Of a stretch of DNA of 64,000 nt, positions 26,490 to 37,016 are shown one piece after another; the first letter of the stretch is position 1, and each line of letters starts with the position of its first letter. The position numbers were made by a program, and so were the translations under genes. Origin of the DNA: Rickettsiales bacterium (lineage in GTDB: Bacteria; Pseudomonadota; Alphaproteobacteria; Rickettsiales; UBA3002); NCBI GenBank assembly GCA_037968615.1, contig JBBKVX010000060.1:1336-65335 (forward strand), given 5' to 3'. The notes under the pieces are model-generated. The model was not told the DNA's origin. It worked only from the letters and a program-made list of their open reading frames with translations, and made no database searches.

Positions 26490-27602
26490 ATGGCAGAAGA
26501 CGACGACGACGCCTCAAAGACCGAAGAACCCACCCAGAAAAAGCTGGATGAGGCGAAGAAGAAAGGTCAGATGATCTCCAGCCGCGAGATCAACCATTTC
26601 TTCATGATCCTCGCCCTCACCTTCTTCGTGATGGCGATTGCGCCGATGATGGGCAAGCAAGGCATCACCTTGCTTTCACCGTTCATCACCCACCCAGAAT
26701 CCATCCGTATGGGCAGCGCCGAGGTGTCGCGGCTGATGCGCCATGTGGCCATTGGCGCCATGGCGCTGCTGGCCATGCCCCTCCTCGTCACCTTCATCGC
26801 GGCCATTGCCCCGGCTGTGGTGCAGAAAAAATGGGTATTCTCCGCCGAGAACATGAAGCCGAAACTCAGCAAGATCTCGCCGCTCTCCGGCTTCAAACGC
26901 GTGCTGGGGCTCAAGGCCATCATCGAATTCATCAAGAACCTGCTGAAGCTGGTGGTGGTCGCCATCGTGGCCGTCATGGTAGCGCTGCCCTTCAAGGAGC
27001 AGATCGCCGGGGCCATGCGCGGGCAGAAGCTCCATATGATGGAGCTCGCGCAGCATATCGCAGGCAAAATGCTGATCGGCGCCTGCATCGTGCTGTTCCT
27101 GCTTTCCATCTTCGATTATTTCTACCAGCGTCAGGTGTTCCTGAAACAAATGCGCATGACCAAACAGGAGCTGAAGGACGAATACAAACAGCAAGAGGGC
27201 GACCCGCACATCAAAGGCAAGCTGCGTGCCATCCGCCGCGACAAAGCCCGCAAACGCATGATGGCCAACGTGCCCAAGGCCGACGTCATCATCACCAACC
27301 CAACGCACTATTCCGTCGCCCTGAAATACGATTCCACCACCATGCCCGCTCCGGTGGTTCTGGCCAAAGGAACCGACGAAGTGGCCCTGCGCATCCGCGA
27401 AATGGGCGAGAAACACAAAGTGCCGGTGATGCGTAACCCGCCCCTCGCCCGCGTGCTGTACGACACCACCGAGATCGACGACGAGATTCCCATCGAGCAT
27501 TACCAGGCCGTGGCCAAGGTGATCGGCTACGTCTACAAACTCAAAGGCAAGACCATCAACAAAGCCCCAACGATCCATATGCCGGGCAAGAAAAAGAAGT
27601 GA
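26490..27602 (+). CDS. flhB: Flagellar export switch protein FlhB
   Basis: N-terminal EEPTQKKLDEAKKKGQ, four TM segments, and the NPTH autocleavage site (ITNPTHYSVAL). Confidence 0.95.
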   Translation: MAEDDDDASKTEEPTQKKLDEAKKKGQMISSREINHFFMILALTFFVMAIAPMMGKQGITLLSPFITHPESIRMGSAEVSRLMRHVAIGAMALLAMPLLVTFIAAIAPAVVQKKWVFSAENMKPKLSKISPLSGFKRVLGLKAIIEFIKNLLKLVVVAIVAVMVALPFKEQIAGAMRGQKLHMMELAQHIAGKMLIGACIVLFLLSIFDYFYQRQVFLKQMRMTKQELKDEYKQQEGDPHIKGKLRAIRRDKARKRMMANVPKADVIITNPTHYSVALKYDSTTMPAPVVLAKGTDEVALRIREMGEKHKVPVMRNPPLARVLYDTTEIDDEIPIEHYQAVAKVIGYVYKLKGKTINKAPTIHMPGKKKK

Positions 27603-27703
27603 TTCGTGTCTCGTAGATGACAGGTAATCCCCACGAATCACGCGACACGCGCCGCGTGTCACATTTCCCTTGCCTATCCCCTCGCACCCCCTACCATCCA
27701 TCC

Positions 27704-28684
27704 ATGCGATTCAATGAAAACGAGTATGTAAGCCCCGGCCAGATGGATTTCGTCCCGCGTGAGCGGCGCAGCCAGATCTGGAAAATCATCGCGGCCTTCA
27801 GCTTCACCATTGCGGTCATCTTTGTGCTGTCATTCTCGCCCAACACGCTGGGCGGCCGCGGCATGAGCGCGTTCTTCTCCATGGGCATGGTGGCGCTTTT
27901 ATGCTTCTACATCGTCTACCATAAACAACAGAACCTCGACCTGGTGATGTCGACGGAATACCAGAACATGCTGTTCGCCGAGGCGGTGGCGCTGGGTTCC
28001 AGCTTCTGCCTATTCGTGCGCCGCGACGGCACCATTGTCTACGCCAACTCAGGCCTGCGCCAGGTGTTCCCCAACTTCATTTACAACGACGCGCAAATGC
28101 TGGAAGGCCTGTTCGAGCAAGGCGGCGTCAGCAAAACCGACCGCGAACGCGTGATGGACGCCATTTACAGCAGCTCCAACGAGCGCCTCGTTTTCCCCGT
28201 GCATTACCCACAAGGCACCAAAGAATACGTGCTGACGCTGGAGCCCTTGGCGCGCCCTGCTGGCTACACGGTCGTCCGTGGTCGCGAGTTCCGTGGCCAG
28301 CGCGCGGGCATGCAGCTGATGCCCGACGTACTGCGCACCACCAGCGTCGAAAAACTCGACCACCTGCTCAGCGCCTCGCCCATCGGTATGTACGCCACCG
28401 ACAGTTTCGGCCGGCTCGAATATGTGAACCCCGCTTTGGAAGCCATGCTTGGCTATCACCCCGGCGAAATGCTGGAGGCGCGCATCGCCATCCAGCGCCT
28501 GCTAAACCAACTTGATCACCAACCTGTGCCCGACGACTACACGCTGGCCGAGCATCGTGGTGAGGCCCTGCTGATTACCAAGCAAGGCAACCTGCTTGCC
28601 GTCCAGTTCCAACAGTCGATCATCCGCGATGCGGAAGGCAAGCTTGGTGGCGCAACGGGCAGTATCCTGCCTTCGGGAGCCTAA
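27704..28684 (+). CDS. N-terminal portion of a CckA-like sensor kinase: two TM helices plus two PAS domains
   Basis: TM1 is IWKIIAAFSFTIAVIFVLSF and TM2 is FFSMGMVALLCFYIVY; PAS-like blocks follow. It ends at a TAA that is in frame with, and directly abuts, the next ORF. Confidence 0.65.
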   Translation: MRFNENEYVSPGQMDFVPRERRSQIWKIIAAFSFTIAVIFVLSFSPNTLGGRGMSAFFSMGMVALLCFYIVYHKQQNLDLVMSTEYQNMLFAEAVALGSSFCLFVRRDGTIVYANSGLRQVFPNFIYNDAQMLEGLFEQGGVSKTDRERVMDAIYSSSNERLVFPVHYPQGTKEYVLTLEPLARPAGYTVVRGREFRGQRAGMQLMPDVLRTTSVEKLDHLLSASPIGMYATDSFGRLEYVNPALEAMLGYHPGEMLEARIAIQRLLNQLDHQPVPDDYTLAEHRGEALLITKQGNLLAVQFQQSIIRDAEGKLGGATGSILPSGA

Positions 28685-30292
28685 ATGTCCATCTCTGCAA
28701 CCCTCGCCACTGAAAAAGCTACCGGGCTGACCATCAACAGCTTCATCGAGCTTTCCCCCATCGCCATCTTGCGGCTCGACCGCGAAGGCGAGATCCTCGA
28801 ATCCAACGCCGCCTTTAGCCGGCTGATGCAAGGCACCTTGCCCACCGACCGCCATGTGCGCCTCATCGAGTTCATCGACCAAGAAGATCGCGCGCGCTTC
28901 ACCGAAACGCTCTCCGGCATGTGGAACAGCCCCGAGACCGTGCCGCCGCTGTCGCTCACCCTGCGCCTGACGAATGGCGAAATTGTGAACGCTTACACCT
29001 ACATCACCCTGATGCAGCCGGGCGAAGGGTTCCAGCCCGTGCCGGTGCTGCACATCTTCGACCAGACCGAGCAGAAAAACCTCGAAATGCGCTTCGCCCA
29101 CAGCCAGAAAATGCACGCGGTCGGTCAACTCGCGGGCGGCGTAGCGCATGATTTCAACAACCTGCTCACCGCCATGATCGGCTTCTGCGACCTGCTGCTG
29201 ATGCGCCACCCGGCAGGCGATCCCAGCTTCGCCGACATCATGCAAATCAAACAGAACGCCAACCGCGCCGCCAACCTTGTGCGCCAGCTCCTCGCCTTCT
29301 CGCGCCGCCAGACGCTGCAACCCAAAACCATCGACCTGACGGATGTGCTGGCCGAGCTGAGCAACCTCATCCGCCGCCTCATCGGCGAGAACATCCAGAT
29401 GAAAATGATGCATGGCCGCGACCTCGGCATGGTCAAGGCCGACCAAGGCCAACTCGAGCAGGTCATCATTAACCTCGCCGTGAACGCGCGCGACGCCATG
29501 AAAGACGGCGGCACGCTGACCATCAAAACCAGCAACGTCATGATCAACTCCGACGACGACCTGCCCGACCACCTCATCGCCCCCACCGACGACGAGACCA
29601 TCGCCCCGGGCAAATACGTCCTGGTGGAAATCGAGGACACCGGCACCGGCATCCCGCCCAACATCGTCCGCAGCATCTTCGAGCCGTTCTTCTCCACCAA
29701 GGAAGTCGGCTCCGGCACCGGGCTTGGTCTCTCCACCTGCTACGGCATCGTCAAACAATCCGGCGGCAACATCTTCGTGCGCACCTCCATTGGCCATGGC
29801 ACCAGCTTCTGCCTCTATCTCAAACATTTCGAGCCCGAGGTGAAAGCCCCCAGCTACGAGACCACCGAGGCCAAGCCCGACGCCGACCTTACCGGCGCCG
29901 CCACCATTCTACTGGTCGAGGACGAAACCCCCGTGCGCATCTTCGCCGCCCGCGCCCTGCGCAACAAAGGCTACGAAGTGCTGGAAGCAGATTCCGGCGA
30001 GAACGCGCTCGAAGTGTTCACCGAACATACCGGCGACATCGATATCATCATCTCCGACGTCGTCATGCCCGGCATCAACGGCCCCAAAATGGTCAACACC
30101 CTCTACACCGACCATGCCGAGCGCATGAAGAGCATCAAGGTCGTGTTTATCTCGGGCTACGCCGAAGACGCCTTCGTCGACAGTTACGGCACCGACAACC
30201 GCCAGTTCAACTTCCTGCCCAAACCATTCACCCTGAAGCAACTGGCAAGCAAAGTGAAAGAAGTGCTGGATGGCACAAATTCGGAAGCATAA
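28685..30292 (+). CDS. cckA: Hybrid sensor histidine kinase/response regulator, CckA-like (PAS-DHp-CA-REC)
   Basis: H-box GQLAGGVAHDFNNLLTAMIGFCDLLL, IKQNANRAANLVRQLLAFSRRQTL, N/G boxes, and a C-terminal receiver (LLVEDE...ISDVVMPG...KP). The CckA assignment is by resemblance only. Confidence 0.8.
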   Translation: MSISATLATEKATGLTINSFIELSPIAILRLDREGEILESNAAFSRLMQGTLPTDRHVRLIEFIDQEDRARFTETLSGMWNSPETVPPLSLTLRLTNGEIVNAYTYITLMQPGEGFQPVPVLHIFDQTEQKNLEMRFAHSQKMHAVGQLAGGVAHDFNNLLTAMIGFCDLLLMRHPAGDPSFADIMQIKQNANRAANLVRQLLAFSRRQTLQPKTIDLTDVLAELSNLIRRLIGENIQMKMMHGRDLGMVKADQGQLEQVIINLAVNARDAMKDGGTLTIKTSNVMINSDDDLPDHLIAPTDDETIAPGKYVLVEIEDTGTGIPPNIVRSIFEPFFSTKEVGSGTGLGLSTCYGIVKQSGGNIFVRTSIGHGTSFCLYLKHFEPEVKAPSYETTEAKPDADLTGAATILLVEDETPVRIFAARALRNKGYEVLEADSGENALEVFTEHTGDIDIIISDVVMPGINGPKMVNTLYTDHAERMKSIKVVFISGYAEDAFVDSYGTDNRQFNFLPKPFTLKQLASKVKEVLDGTNSEA

Positions 30293-31073
30293 CCACGCAT
30301 TCTCCCTTGTCGAACTGAGCATCGTGCTCGTCATTCTCGGCCTACTGGTCGGCGGCATCCTCGCCGGGCAAAGCCTGATACGCGCGTCTGAGTTGCGAAG
30401 CATCGGCACCGACATCAGCAAATACCGCACCGCGATGCTGACGTTCCGTGACAAATATTTTTATTGGCCCGGCGACATGCCCAATGCCACGGCGGTGTGG
30501 GGCATTGCGGCGGGTGCTACGGGCAATGACGATACCTGCTTCGCGGCCTCGCAAACAGGCCCCGGCACCTGCAACGGTAATGGCGACGGGGAAGTCAAGC
30601 TAGGCTCCACCACCGGGAGCTACCGCGAATATTACCATTTCTTCAAACAGCTGGCGAATGCAGGACTTATTGAGGGTACGTTCACTGGTGTAGGTGGCGC
30701 GGGTGGCGTAAATGAGCAGATCCCCGGTCAGAACGTTCCAGCGATGCGCGTCTCCAACGCTGCTTTCGGCCTGGGCAATACCACGTCTATTGCCTCCGGC
30801 CATGCCTCGCTGTTTCCCGGAGCCTATGGCTTGAATGCACCCATTGGGGGTGCCACGGCAACCACTGTTCCAAGCACGCCTATTTTCAAACCCGAGGAGG
30901 TTTGGAACATCGACACGAAACTGGATGACGGTAATCCCGCCTACGGCAAGATCAATGTGAACAAGAAAGCCAATCTAGATAATTGCGCCACCACCAACAG
31001 CGAAACCGATGCCGCTTACGATCTTGCCCATACCGGGAAATCCTGCTGGTTCCGCGTGCGACAGCTGCCGTGA
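30270..31073 (+). CDS. Prepilin-type N-terminal cleavage/methylation domain protein (pilin/pseudopilin-like paralog)
   Basis: MAQIRKHNHA|FSLVELSIVLVILGLLVGG, KPEEVWNIDTKLDDGNP, and a C-terminal Cys pair. The start overlaps the kinase gene's 3' end by 23 nt. Confidence 0.85.
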   Translation: MAQIRKHNHAFSLVELSIVLVILGLLVGGILAGQSLIRASELRSIGTDISKYRTAMLTFRDKYFYWPGDMPNATAVWGIAAGATGNDDTCFAASQTGPGTCNGNGDGEVKLGSTTGSYREYYHFFKQLANAGLIEGTFTGVGGAGGVNEQIPGQNVPAMRVSNAAFGLGNTTSIASGHASLFPGAYGLNAPIGGATATTVPSTPIFKPEEVWNIDTKLDDGNPAYGKINVNKKANLDNCATTNSETDAAYDLAHTGKSCWFRVRQLP

Positions 31074-31281
31074 TGCGTGCGCAGATAGGCTGTTTTCCCT
31101 TGAGTGCAGTAGGTTGCCAGTATAGCTTTCTGACGATTAAATAAGGGCATCATCCACGTTCGAGCTCTCCACCAACTGCCACGACGCAACCCCATCGGCC
31201 ACCCTCGCCATTGCCAGCGGTGCGCGCTACCGGCTGAGCAACAGCACCATCGCCTGCCCGTTTTTCTTTAACGTGCAGTAA
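31073..31281 (+). pseudogene. Decayed prepilin-like gene remnant (frameshifted N-terminus plus C-terminal Cys-loop fragment)
   Basis: ATG CGT GCG CAG ATA encodes MRAQI (compare MAQI in the neighbour). After a one-frame shift it reads LFSLECS (compare FSLVELS). Stops occur at 31123 and 31138. The same frame then reads NCHDATPSATLAIASGARYRLSNSTIACPFFFNVQ*, which resembles the C-terminal Cys...Cys loop of the paralogs. Confidence 0.45.
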
Positions 31282-31450
31282 GGCAAAAATAATTCACAAT
31301 GCCACCCTCTTGATTTATGGCCATAAATCAAGTTTTGGCTTAAATCCTAGCCTTTTAAAGGGTGGATAAGGTGATTTTCCCATTGATAGTTCGGGGGTTT
31401 CAGGTGTAGCTTCTGCTCAACCAAAACGATTTACCCCTAGGAGCATACCC

Positions 31451-32551
31451 ATGGCAGCCCCCAAAGCAGCACCCACCGCCGCCCAGACCAACGAAAAGAA
31501 AAAAGCACTCGACTCCGCCCTCGCGCAAATTGAAAAAACCTTCGGCAAGGGCTCGATCATGAAGCTCGGCCAGCAGGATAAAATGATCGTCGAGGCCACC
31601 TCCACCGGTTCGCTCGGGCTCGACATCGCATTGGGCGTCGGGGGCATCCCGAAAGGCCGCGTCATCGAAATCTACGGCCCCGAATCCTCGGGTAAAACCA
31701 CCCTCACCCTGCATTGCATTGCCGAGCTGCAAAAAACCGGCGGCACCTGCGCCTTTATCGATGCCGAGCACGCGCTCGACCCCGCCTACGCTAAAAAACT
31801 CGGCGTGAACGTCGATGACCTTCTCATTTCGCAACCGGATACCGGCGAACAAGCCCTCGAGATCGCCGATACGCTGGTGCGTTCCGGCGCCATCGACATG
31901 GTGGTCATCGATTCCGTGGCCGCGCTGGTTCCGAAAGTGGAGCTGGAAGGTGAAATGGGCGACGCCACCATGGGCGCCCAGGCCCGCCTCATGAGCCAAG
32001 CGCTGCGCAAACTCACCGCCAACATCTCGCGCACGCAATGCACCGTTATCTTCATCAACCAGATCCGCCAGAAAATCGGTGTTATGTTCGGTAACCCCGA
32101 AACCACCACCGGCGGCAACGCGCTGAAATTCTACGCTTCCGTGCGTATGGATATCCGCCGCATCGGCGCGCTGAAGGACAAAGAGGACGTGGTGGGCAAC
32201 CTCACCCGCGTGAAAGTGGTGAAGAACAAAGTGTCCCCGCCGTTCAAAACCGTTGAGTTCGATATCCTCTACGGCTTTGGCATCTCGAAAGAGGGCGAGC
32301 TGATCGATCTGGGCATCAAAGCCGGGCTCATCGAGAAATCGGGCAGCTGGTTCAGCTACGGCGACCAGCGTATCGGTCAGGGCAAAGAAAACACCCGTCA
32401 GTTCATGAAGGACAACCCCAAAATCGCGCAGGAAATCGAACTCGCCATCCGCGCTAAAGCCACCAAGCTTTCCGCCGTGCTCGAAGGCAACCCCGCCGAG
32501 TATGTCGATGAAGCCAAAGGCCAGGAAGTCGAACCCGCCGACGCGGCCTAG
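31451..32551 (+). CDS. recA: Recombinase RecA
   Basis: [17 protein letters not shown] Walker [11 protein letters not shown], and the conserved L1/L2 loop regions. Confidence 0.98.
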   Translation: MAAPKAAPTAAQTNEKKKALDSALAQIEKTFGKGSIMKLGQQDKMIVEATSTGSLGLDIALGVGGIPKGRVIEIYGPESSGKTTLTLHCIAELQKTGGTCAFIDAEHALDPAYAKKLGVNVDDLLISQPDTGEQALEIADTLVRSGAIDMVVIDSVAALVPKVELEGEMGDATMGAQARLMSQALRKLTANISRTQCTVIFINQIRQKIGVMFGNPETTTGGNALKFYASVRMDIRRIGALKDKEDVVGNLTRVKVVKNKVSPPFKTVEFDILYGFGISKEGELIDLGIKAGLIEKSGSWFSYGDQRIGQGKENTRQFMKDNPKIAQEIELAIRAKATKLSAVLEGNPAEYVDEAKGQEVEPADAA

Positions 32552-32578
32552 CACTCTCTACGTTAGCAACAGCGTTAA

Positions 32579-32608
32579 GCCCCGGCCGGGCAACTGGCCG
32601 GGGCTTTT
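32579..32608 (+). terminator. Rho-independent terminator of recA
   Basis: GCCCCGGCC-GGGCAACT-GGCCGGGGC-TTTT. Confidence 0.88.
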
Positions 32609-32665
32609 CGTTATGTCACGGAATCTTCATACGAATTGAGGCAGCCCTGCGTTATTCTCTGTCTC

Positions 32666-33550
32666 ATGGATATGACCGACATCGCCACCTACAACCATCC
32701 ACCCACGCTGGCAGAGCAGCAACGCGCACAAGCCATCGATGCGCGTCGCGCCGAAGTACTCGTCACAAAATCCGAGAATCAACTGGATCGCGCCAGCCAA
32801 TGGATCAGCTATAAGATCCACCCGCTCGATTCCCATAAAATAATCACCAGCGGGCAGCAGGAAATACTGACCCACCTGCTCCAGGCTGCCAAAGAAGCCT
32901 CAGAAAGCGACCCCGTCGCCGCATGGAACATCTTCTGCAAGGAAGCCGAAATGTATCTGGCGCAAAGCACGCAGCCCAAAGCCGCCATCAACGAATGGTT
33001 GGCGACCGAGGCTTCCGACGAAGCACGCCTCAACAGCAAAAATATTCAAACCCCGGAAAAGCAGAAACGCACCCCAAAACCCGCCGCCCAACCCACCGAG
33101 CCCCGCTCGTGGAAGAACGGCATCGCGTCACGCATCGGCGGCAACAGAGGCGCGGCACGAACCAAAGAATATTACGGCGGCGTGCTGAAAGGCCTCAACG
33201 GTAGCGGCACCACGGAAACGCAGGCTCTTTACAGCCAATGGCAAAAGCTGGTTTCGCAGCTCGACCATGTCAGTCAGCTCGTGCCCGTCTTTACAGCAAT
33301 GGGGCAGCCCTACTCGAAGTCCGCCATCATCGGCAGCTACAACCGGCTTATCGACAAATCGCACCCCACCGTCAGCGGCATGTTCGACCGGATAGCAGAA
33401 CAACCCGACCTATTCTTCAGCGCCATCGAGGGTGAGATCAAACGGCCCCTTTCCTTCCAACGCACCGACCTGCTCGACGCCATCGCACCCGCCAAGCAAA
33501 GCATCGAGGACTTGAAAGCGCAAAAGCCCAAGGGCACCGGCCGGGGCTAG
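32666..33550 (+). CDS. Hypothetical protein (~295 aa), hydrophilic, no recognised domain
   Basis: Long ORF with GC-rich third codon positions, lying between recA and alaS. The start is uncertain (32636, 32666 or 32672). Confidence 0.55.
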   Translation: MDMTDIATYNHPPTLAEQQRAQAIDARRAEVLVTKSENQLDRASQWISYKIHPLDSHKIITSGQQEILTHLLQAAKEASESDPVAAWNIFCKEAEMYLAQSTQPKAAINEWLATEASDEARLNSKNIQTPEKQKRTPKPAAQPTEPRSWKNGIASRIGGNRGAARTKEYYGGVLKGLNGSGTTETQALYSQWQKLVSQLDHVSQLVPVFTAMGQPYSKSAIIGSYNRLIDKSHPTVSGMFDRIAEQPDLFFSAIEGEIKRPLSFQRTDLLDAIAPAKQSIEDLKAQKPKGTGRG

Positions 33551-33617
33551 CCCGACATTTCCCTTGCCGCCGCGCATGCTGGAAGCTATGAATTTCCTCC
33601 CTTTTTGAGAGAGTTCC

Positions 33618-36365
33618 ATGCCCAGCGTTACCGATGTCCGCACCCAGTTTCTTGAGTTCTTCGCGAGCAAGCAGCATGCTGTGCTGCCCAGTTCCTCGTT
33701 GGTGCCGCAGAACGACCCGACGCTGATGTTCGCCAATGCGGGCATGAACCAGTTCAAGAACATCTTCACCGGCATCGAGAAGCCGCCGCAGCCGCCGCGC
33801 GCCACCACTTCGCAAAAATGCGTCCGCGCCGGGGGCAAACACAACGATCTCGACAATGTGGGCTACACCGCCCGCCACCACACATTCTTCGAAATGCTCG
33901 GCAATTTCAGCTTCGGCGATTACTTCAAAGACGAAGCCATCAGCCACGCGTGGGAACTGCTCACCGATGTATGGGGCATCAACAAAGAAAAACTCTGCGT
34001 CACCGTATACCACACCGACGACGAAGCGTTCGACCTATGGAAAAAAATCGCCGGTCTGCCCGAAGAACGCATCATCCGCATCGCCACCAACGACAATTTC
34101 TGGTCGATGGGCGACACCGGCCCCTGCGGCCCCTGCTCGGAAATTTTCTACGACCACGGCGCGCACATCCCAGGTGGCCCTCCCGGCTCGCCGAACGAAG
34201 ACGGCGACCGCTTCATCGAAATATGGAACCTCGTGTTCATGCAGTTCGAGCAGAAGGACGCCGACACGCGCATTCCCCTGCCCAAACCCAGCATCGATAC
34301 CGGCATGGGCCTCGAACGCCTCAGCGCGCTGCTGCAAGGGGTGCACGACAATTACGACATCGACCTGTTCAAAACACTCATCGCCGCGTCGCAGGATTTC
34401 TCGAAAAACACCAACGCCGCGCAAAGCGTGTCGCACCGCGTGATCGCCGATCACCTTCGCTCCAGCAGCTTCCTCATCGCCGATGGCGTGCTCCCCAGCA
34501 ACGAAGGCCGTGGCTACGTGCTCCGCCGCATCATGCGCCGCGCCATGCGTCACGCGCACATGCTGGGCTGCAAAGAACCGTTGATGCATCAGCTGGTGCC
34601 CACATTAGTCGAGGAAATGGGCGCCGCCTACCCCGAGCTGAAACGCGCGCAAGCCGTGGTGCAGGAAACACTGAAACTCGAAGAAGAAAAGTTCAAGGAC
34701 ACGCTGGGACGCGGCCTGAAGCTGCTGGAGGAAGAACGCGCCAATATCGGCCAAGGCCAAGCCTTGTCCGGCGAAGTGGCCTTCAAACTCTACGACACAT
34801 ATGGTTTCCCGCTCGATCTAACGCAGGACATTCTGCGCGGCGAGAACATCGCCGTCGACACCCAAGGCTTCGACGCCGCCATGCTTGAGCAGAAAACCCG
34901 CGCGCGTGCCGCGTGGAAAGGTTCGGGCGCCAGCGCCACCTCCAGCCTGTGGTACGACGTGAAAGAAAAAACCGGCGCCACCGAGTTCCTCGGCTACGCC
35001 ATGGACCACGCGCAAGGAACCATCGCCGCATTGGTGAAAGACGGCGCAGAAGTGACCGAGCTGAAAACCGGTGAAAAAGGCCAGCTCGTGGCCAACCAAA
35101 CCCCGTTCTACGGCGAATCCGGCGGACAGGTCGGCGATTCCGGCAGCATTGTGTCGGGCAGCGCCAAAGCCACTGTCACCGACACCGCGAAGCCGCTGGA
35201 GGGCATTCATGCCCACGACGTTACCGTCACCGAAGGCACGCTCAAAATCGGCGATGTGATCGAACTCACCATCGACACTGCGCGCCGCGACCGCATCCGC
35301 GCCAACCACTCGGCCACGCACTTGTTGCACGCCGCGCTTCGCCACAAACTGGGCGAGCACATCACGCAAAAAGGCTCGCTGGTGGCCGACGACAAACTGC
35401 GGTTTGACATCACCCACCCCAAAGCCGTCAGCCGCGAAGAACTGGATGCCGTCGAGGCCGAAGTGAACCGCCATGTGTTCGAAGACAGCGAAGCCAGCAC
35501 CCGCCTGATGGGCCAAGAAGAAGCCATCAAAGCAGGCGCCATGGCCCTGTTCGGCGAGAAATACGGCGACGAAGTGCGCGTGCTGGCCATGGGCAACCAC
35601 GGCGACGCCAACTTCTCCGTCGAGTTGTGCGGCGGCACCCACGTGCGCCGCACCAGCGACATCGGCCTGTTCAAAATCACCTCGGAAGGTTCCGTCTCCT
35701 CCGGCGTGCGCCGCATCGAAGGCGTCACGGGCGAAGGCGTGCGCGCCTACGTGCTCGACCAGCTCGCCAAACAGGACGAGCAGTTGCAGGCGCTCATCAA
35801 AGAGAACGCCCGACTGTATGCGGAAGTAAAAAAATCCGGCGCGGCCGCCCCGGCCCTGCCCGCGCTCGACCGTTTAAAGACCGCACCGCTCCATGATGTC
35901 GGCACGCTCTACGCCGACGAATCCGCCAAAGCGAACGCCGCCATCGCTGCCTTGCAGGACGACAATAAAAAACTCGCCAAAGAAGCCACCGAACTCAAAA
36001 AACAGGCCGCGCTCGATGCGGGCGGTGGCGAAGCCACGGTGGAAACCATCGGCGGCACCCAACTCGCCAGCCGCATCTTCGCCGAGCTCGACGCCAAATC
36101 ACTGCGCGACCTCGCCAACGGCATGCAGCAGAAACATGCCGACGCCGTAAGCGTGCTGCTGAGCGCCAGCGAAGGCAAAGCCAACATCATCGTCGCCGTG
36201 GGCAAAGATGCGAAAGGCGACGCGCCGAGCTTGGTGAAAGCTGCCGTCGAAGCCGTCGGTGGCAAAGGTGGCGGTGGCCGCCCCGATTTCGCCCAAGGCG
36301 GCGGGCCGGATGGCGATAAGCTGGAAGAGGCACTCGCCGCGATCAAGGCGACGTTAAACGCCTAA
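33618..36365 (+). CDS. alaS: Alanine--tRNA ligase
   Basis: [41 protein letters not shown], the editing-domain HSATHLLH...CGGTH motifs, and a C-terminal DHHA1-like domain. Confidence 0.98.
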   Translation: MPSVTDVRTQFLEFFASKQHAVLPSSSLVPQNDPTLMFANAGMNQFKNIFTGIEKPPQPPRATTSQKCVRAGGKHNDLDNVGYTARHHTFFEMLGNFSFGDYFKDEAISHAWELLTDVWGINKEKLCVTVYHTDDEAFDLWKKIAGLPEERIIRIATNDNFWSMGDTGPCGPCSEIFYDHGAHIPGGPPGSPNEDGDRFIEIWNLVFMQFEQKDADTRIPLPKPSIDTGMGLERLSALLQGVHDNYDIDLFKTLIAASQDFSKNTNAAQSVSHRVIADHLRSSSFLIADGVLPSNEGRGYVLRRIMRRAMRHAHMLGCKEPLMHQLVPTLVEEMGAAYPELKRAQAVVQETLKLEEEKFKDTLGRGLKLLEEERANIGQGQALSGEVAFKLYDTYGFPLDLTQDILRGENIAVDTQGFDAAMLEQKTRARAAWKGSGASATSSLWYDVKEKTGATEFLGYAMDHAQGTIAALVKDGAEVTELKTGEKGQLVANQTPFYGESGGQVGDSGSIVSGSAKATVTDTAKPLEGIHAHDVTVTEGTLKIGDVIELTIDTARRDRIRANHSATHLLHAALRHKLGEHITQKGSLVADDKLRFDITHPKAVSREELDAVEAEVNRHVFEDSEASTRLMGQEEAIKAGAMALFGEKYGDEVRVLAMGNHGDANFSVELCGGTHVRRTSDIGLFKITSEGSVSSGVRRIEGVTGEGVRAYVLDQLAKQDEQLQALIKENARLYAEVKKSGAAAPALPALDRLKTAPLHDVGTLYADESAKANAAIAALQDDNKKLAKEATELKKQAALDAGGGEATVETIGGTQLASRIFAELDAKSLRDLANGMQQKHADAVSVLLSASEGKANIIVAVGKDAKGDAPSLVKAAVEAVGGKGGGGRPDFAQGGGPDGDKLEEALAAIKATLNA

Positions 36366-37016
36366 GCCGCTTATGCCCTTCTCGGCCGCTTCGGCTTGTT
36401 TCATAAAGGCTTTGCTTCCCCGCAATTTATGAACAAGCACCTCGACGGCATCCCCGATTTCTTCCAGCTTGATGTCGTTCCACTCATCGTGGCACTCCTG
36501 CACCAACGAGGCACCGATAAGAAATTCCGTCGGCGGGCCCGGCACCTTATGCATAAAATCGGCCGTTCTGCTAACCAGCGAACTACCCGGCTCTTTATCC
36601 AGCAGCGGTTTTTTCGTCACCGCACATTCCAGCTGTTCGGCCATTCCGGCTGTTCCCAGCCCCATGGCGACAACGCCCGCGCCACCCCAACCGAACGTGT
36701 TCAAGAATTTCCGTCGGTCCCAGAACTGCACCAGCACCGAACGAAAAATGGTCTTTTCTTCCTCGGTAAGGTGAAGGTCGTAATCCAGCTCTTCGGGCAT
36801 ATCATTCACGCGCCCCAGAAAGTCGCACAGTTTTTCCCTGCCTAATTCCTGAAAGATTTTGAGCAAGAAGGCGCGTCCGGAATACAAGGTCTTCGCCGGT
36901 TTGAGCGAGCGGATCGCCAACTCCAGATCGGAATCGCTTGTCGTATGTAAATTAATTGGCTCGCCCATGCCCGAGTCATAGCCCTGCTCTGTTACAATTT
37001 TATGAAGCCACGGCAT
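36354..37016 (-). CDS. Hypothetical protein (220 aa) with an internal RRKFL + Gly/Ala-rich hydrophobic segment
   Basis: ORF convergent with alaS (12-nt overlap). Contains [26 protein letters not shown] in mid-protein. Confidence 0.5.
   Translation of the reverse strand: MPWLHKIVTEQGYDSGMGEPINLHTTSDSDLELAIRSLKPAKTLYSGRAFLLKIFQELGREKLCDFLGRVNDMPEELDYDLHLTEEEKTIFRSVLVQFWDRRKFLNTFGWGGAGVVAMGLGTAGMAEQLECAVTKKPLLDKEPGSSLVSRTADFMHKVPGPPTEFLIGASLVQECHDEWNDIKLEEIGDAVEVLVHKLRGSKAFMKQAEAAEKGISGLGV

Noticed and set aside
31282-31450. Alphaproteobacterial LexA box (GTTC-N7-GTTC / GAAC-N7-GAAC) upstream of recA.
   Set aside because: Only single GTTC half-sites occur (for example GTTCGGGGGTTTC), with no second correctly spaced half.
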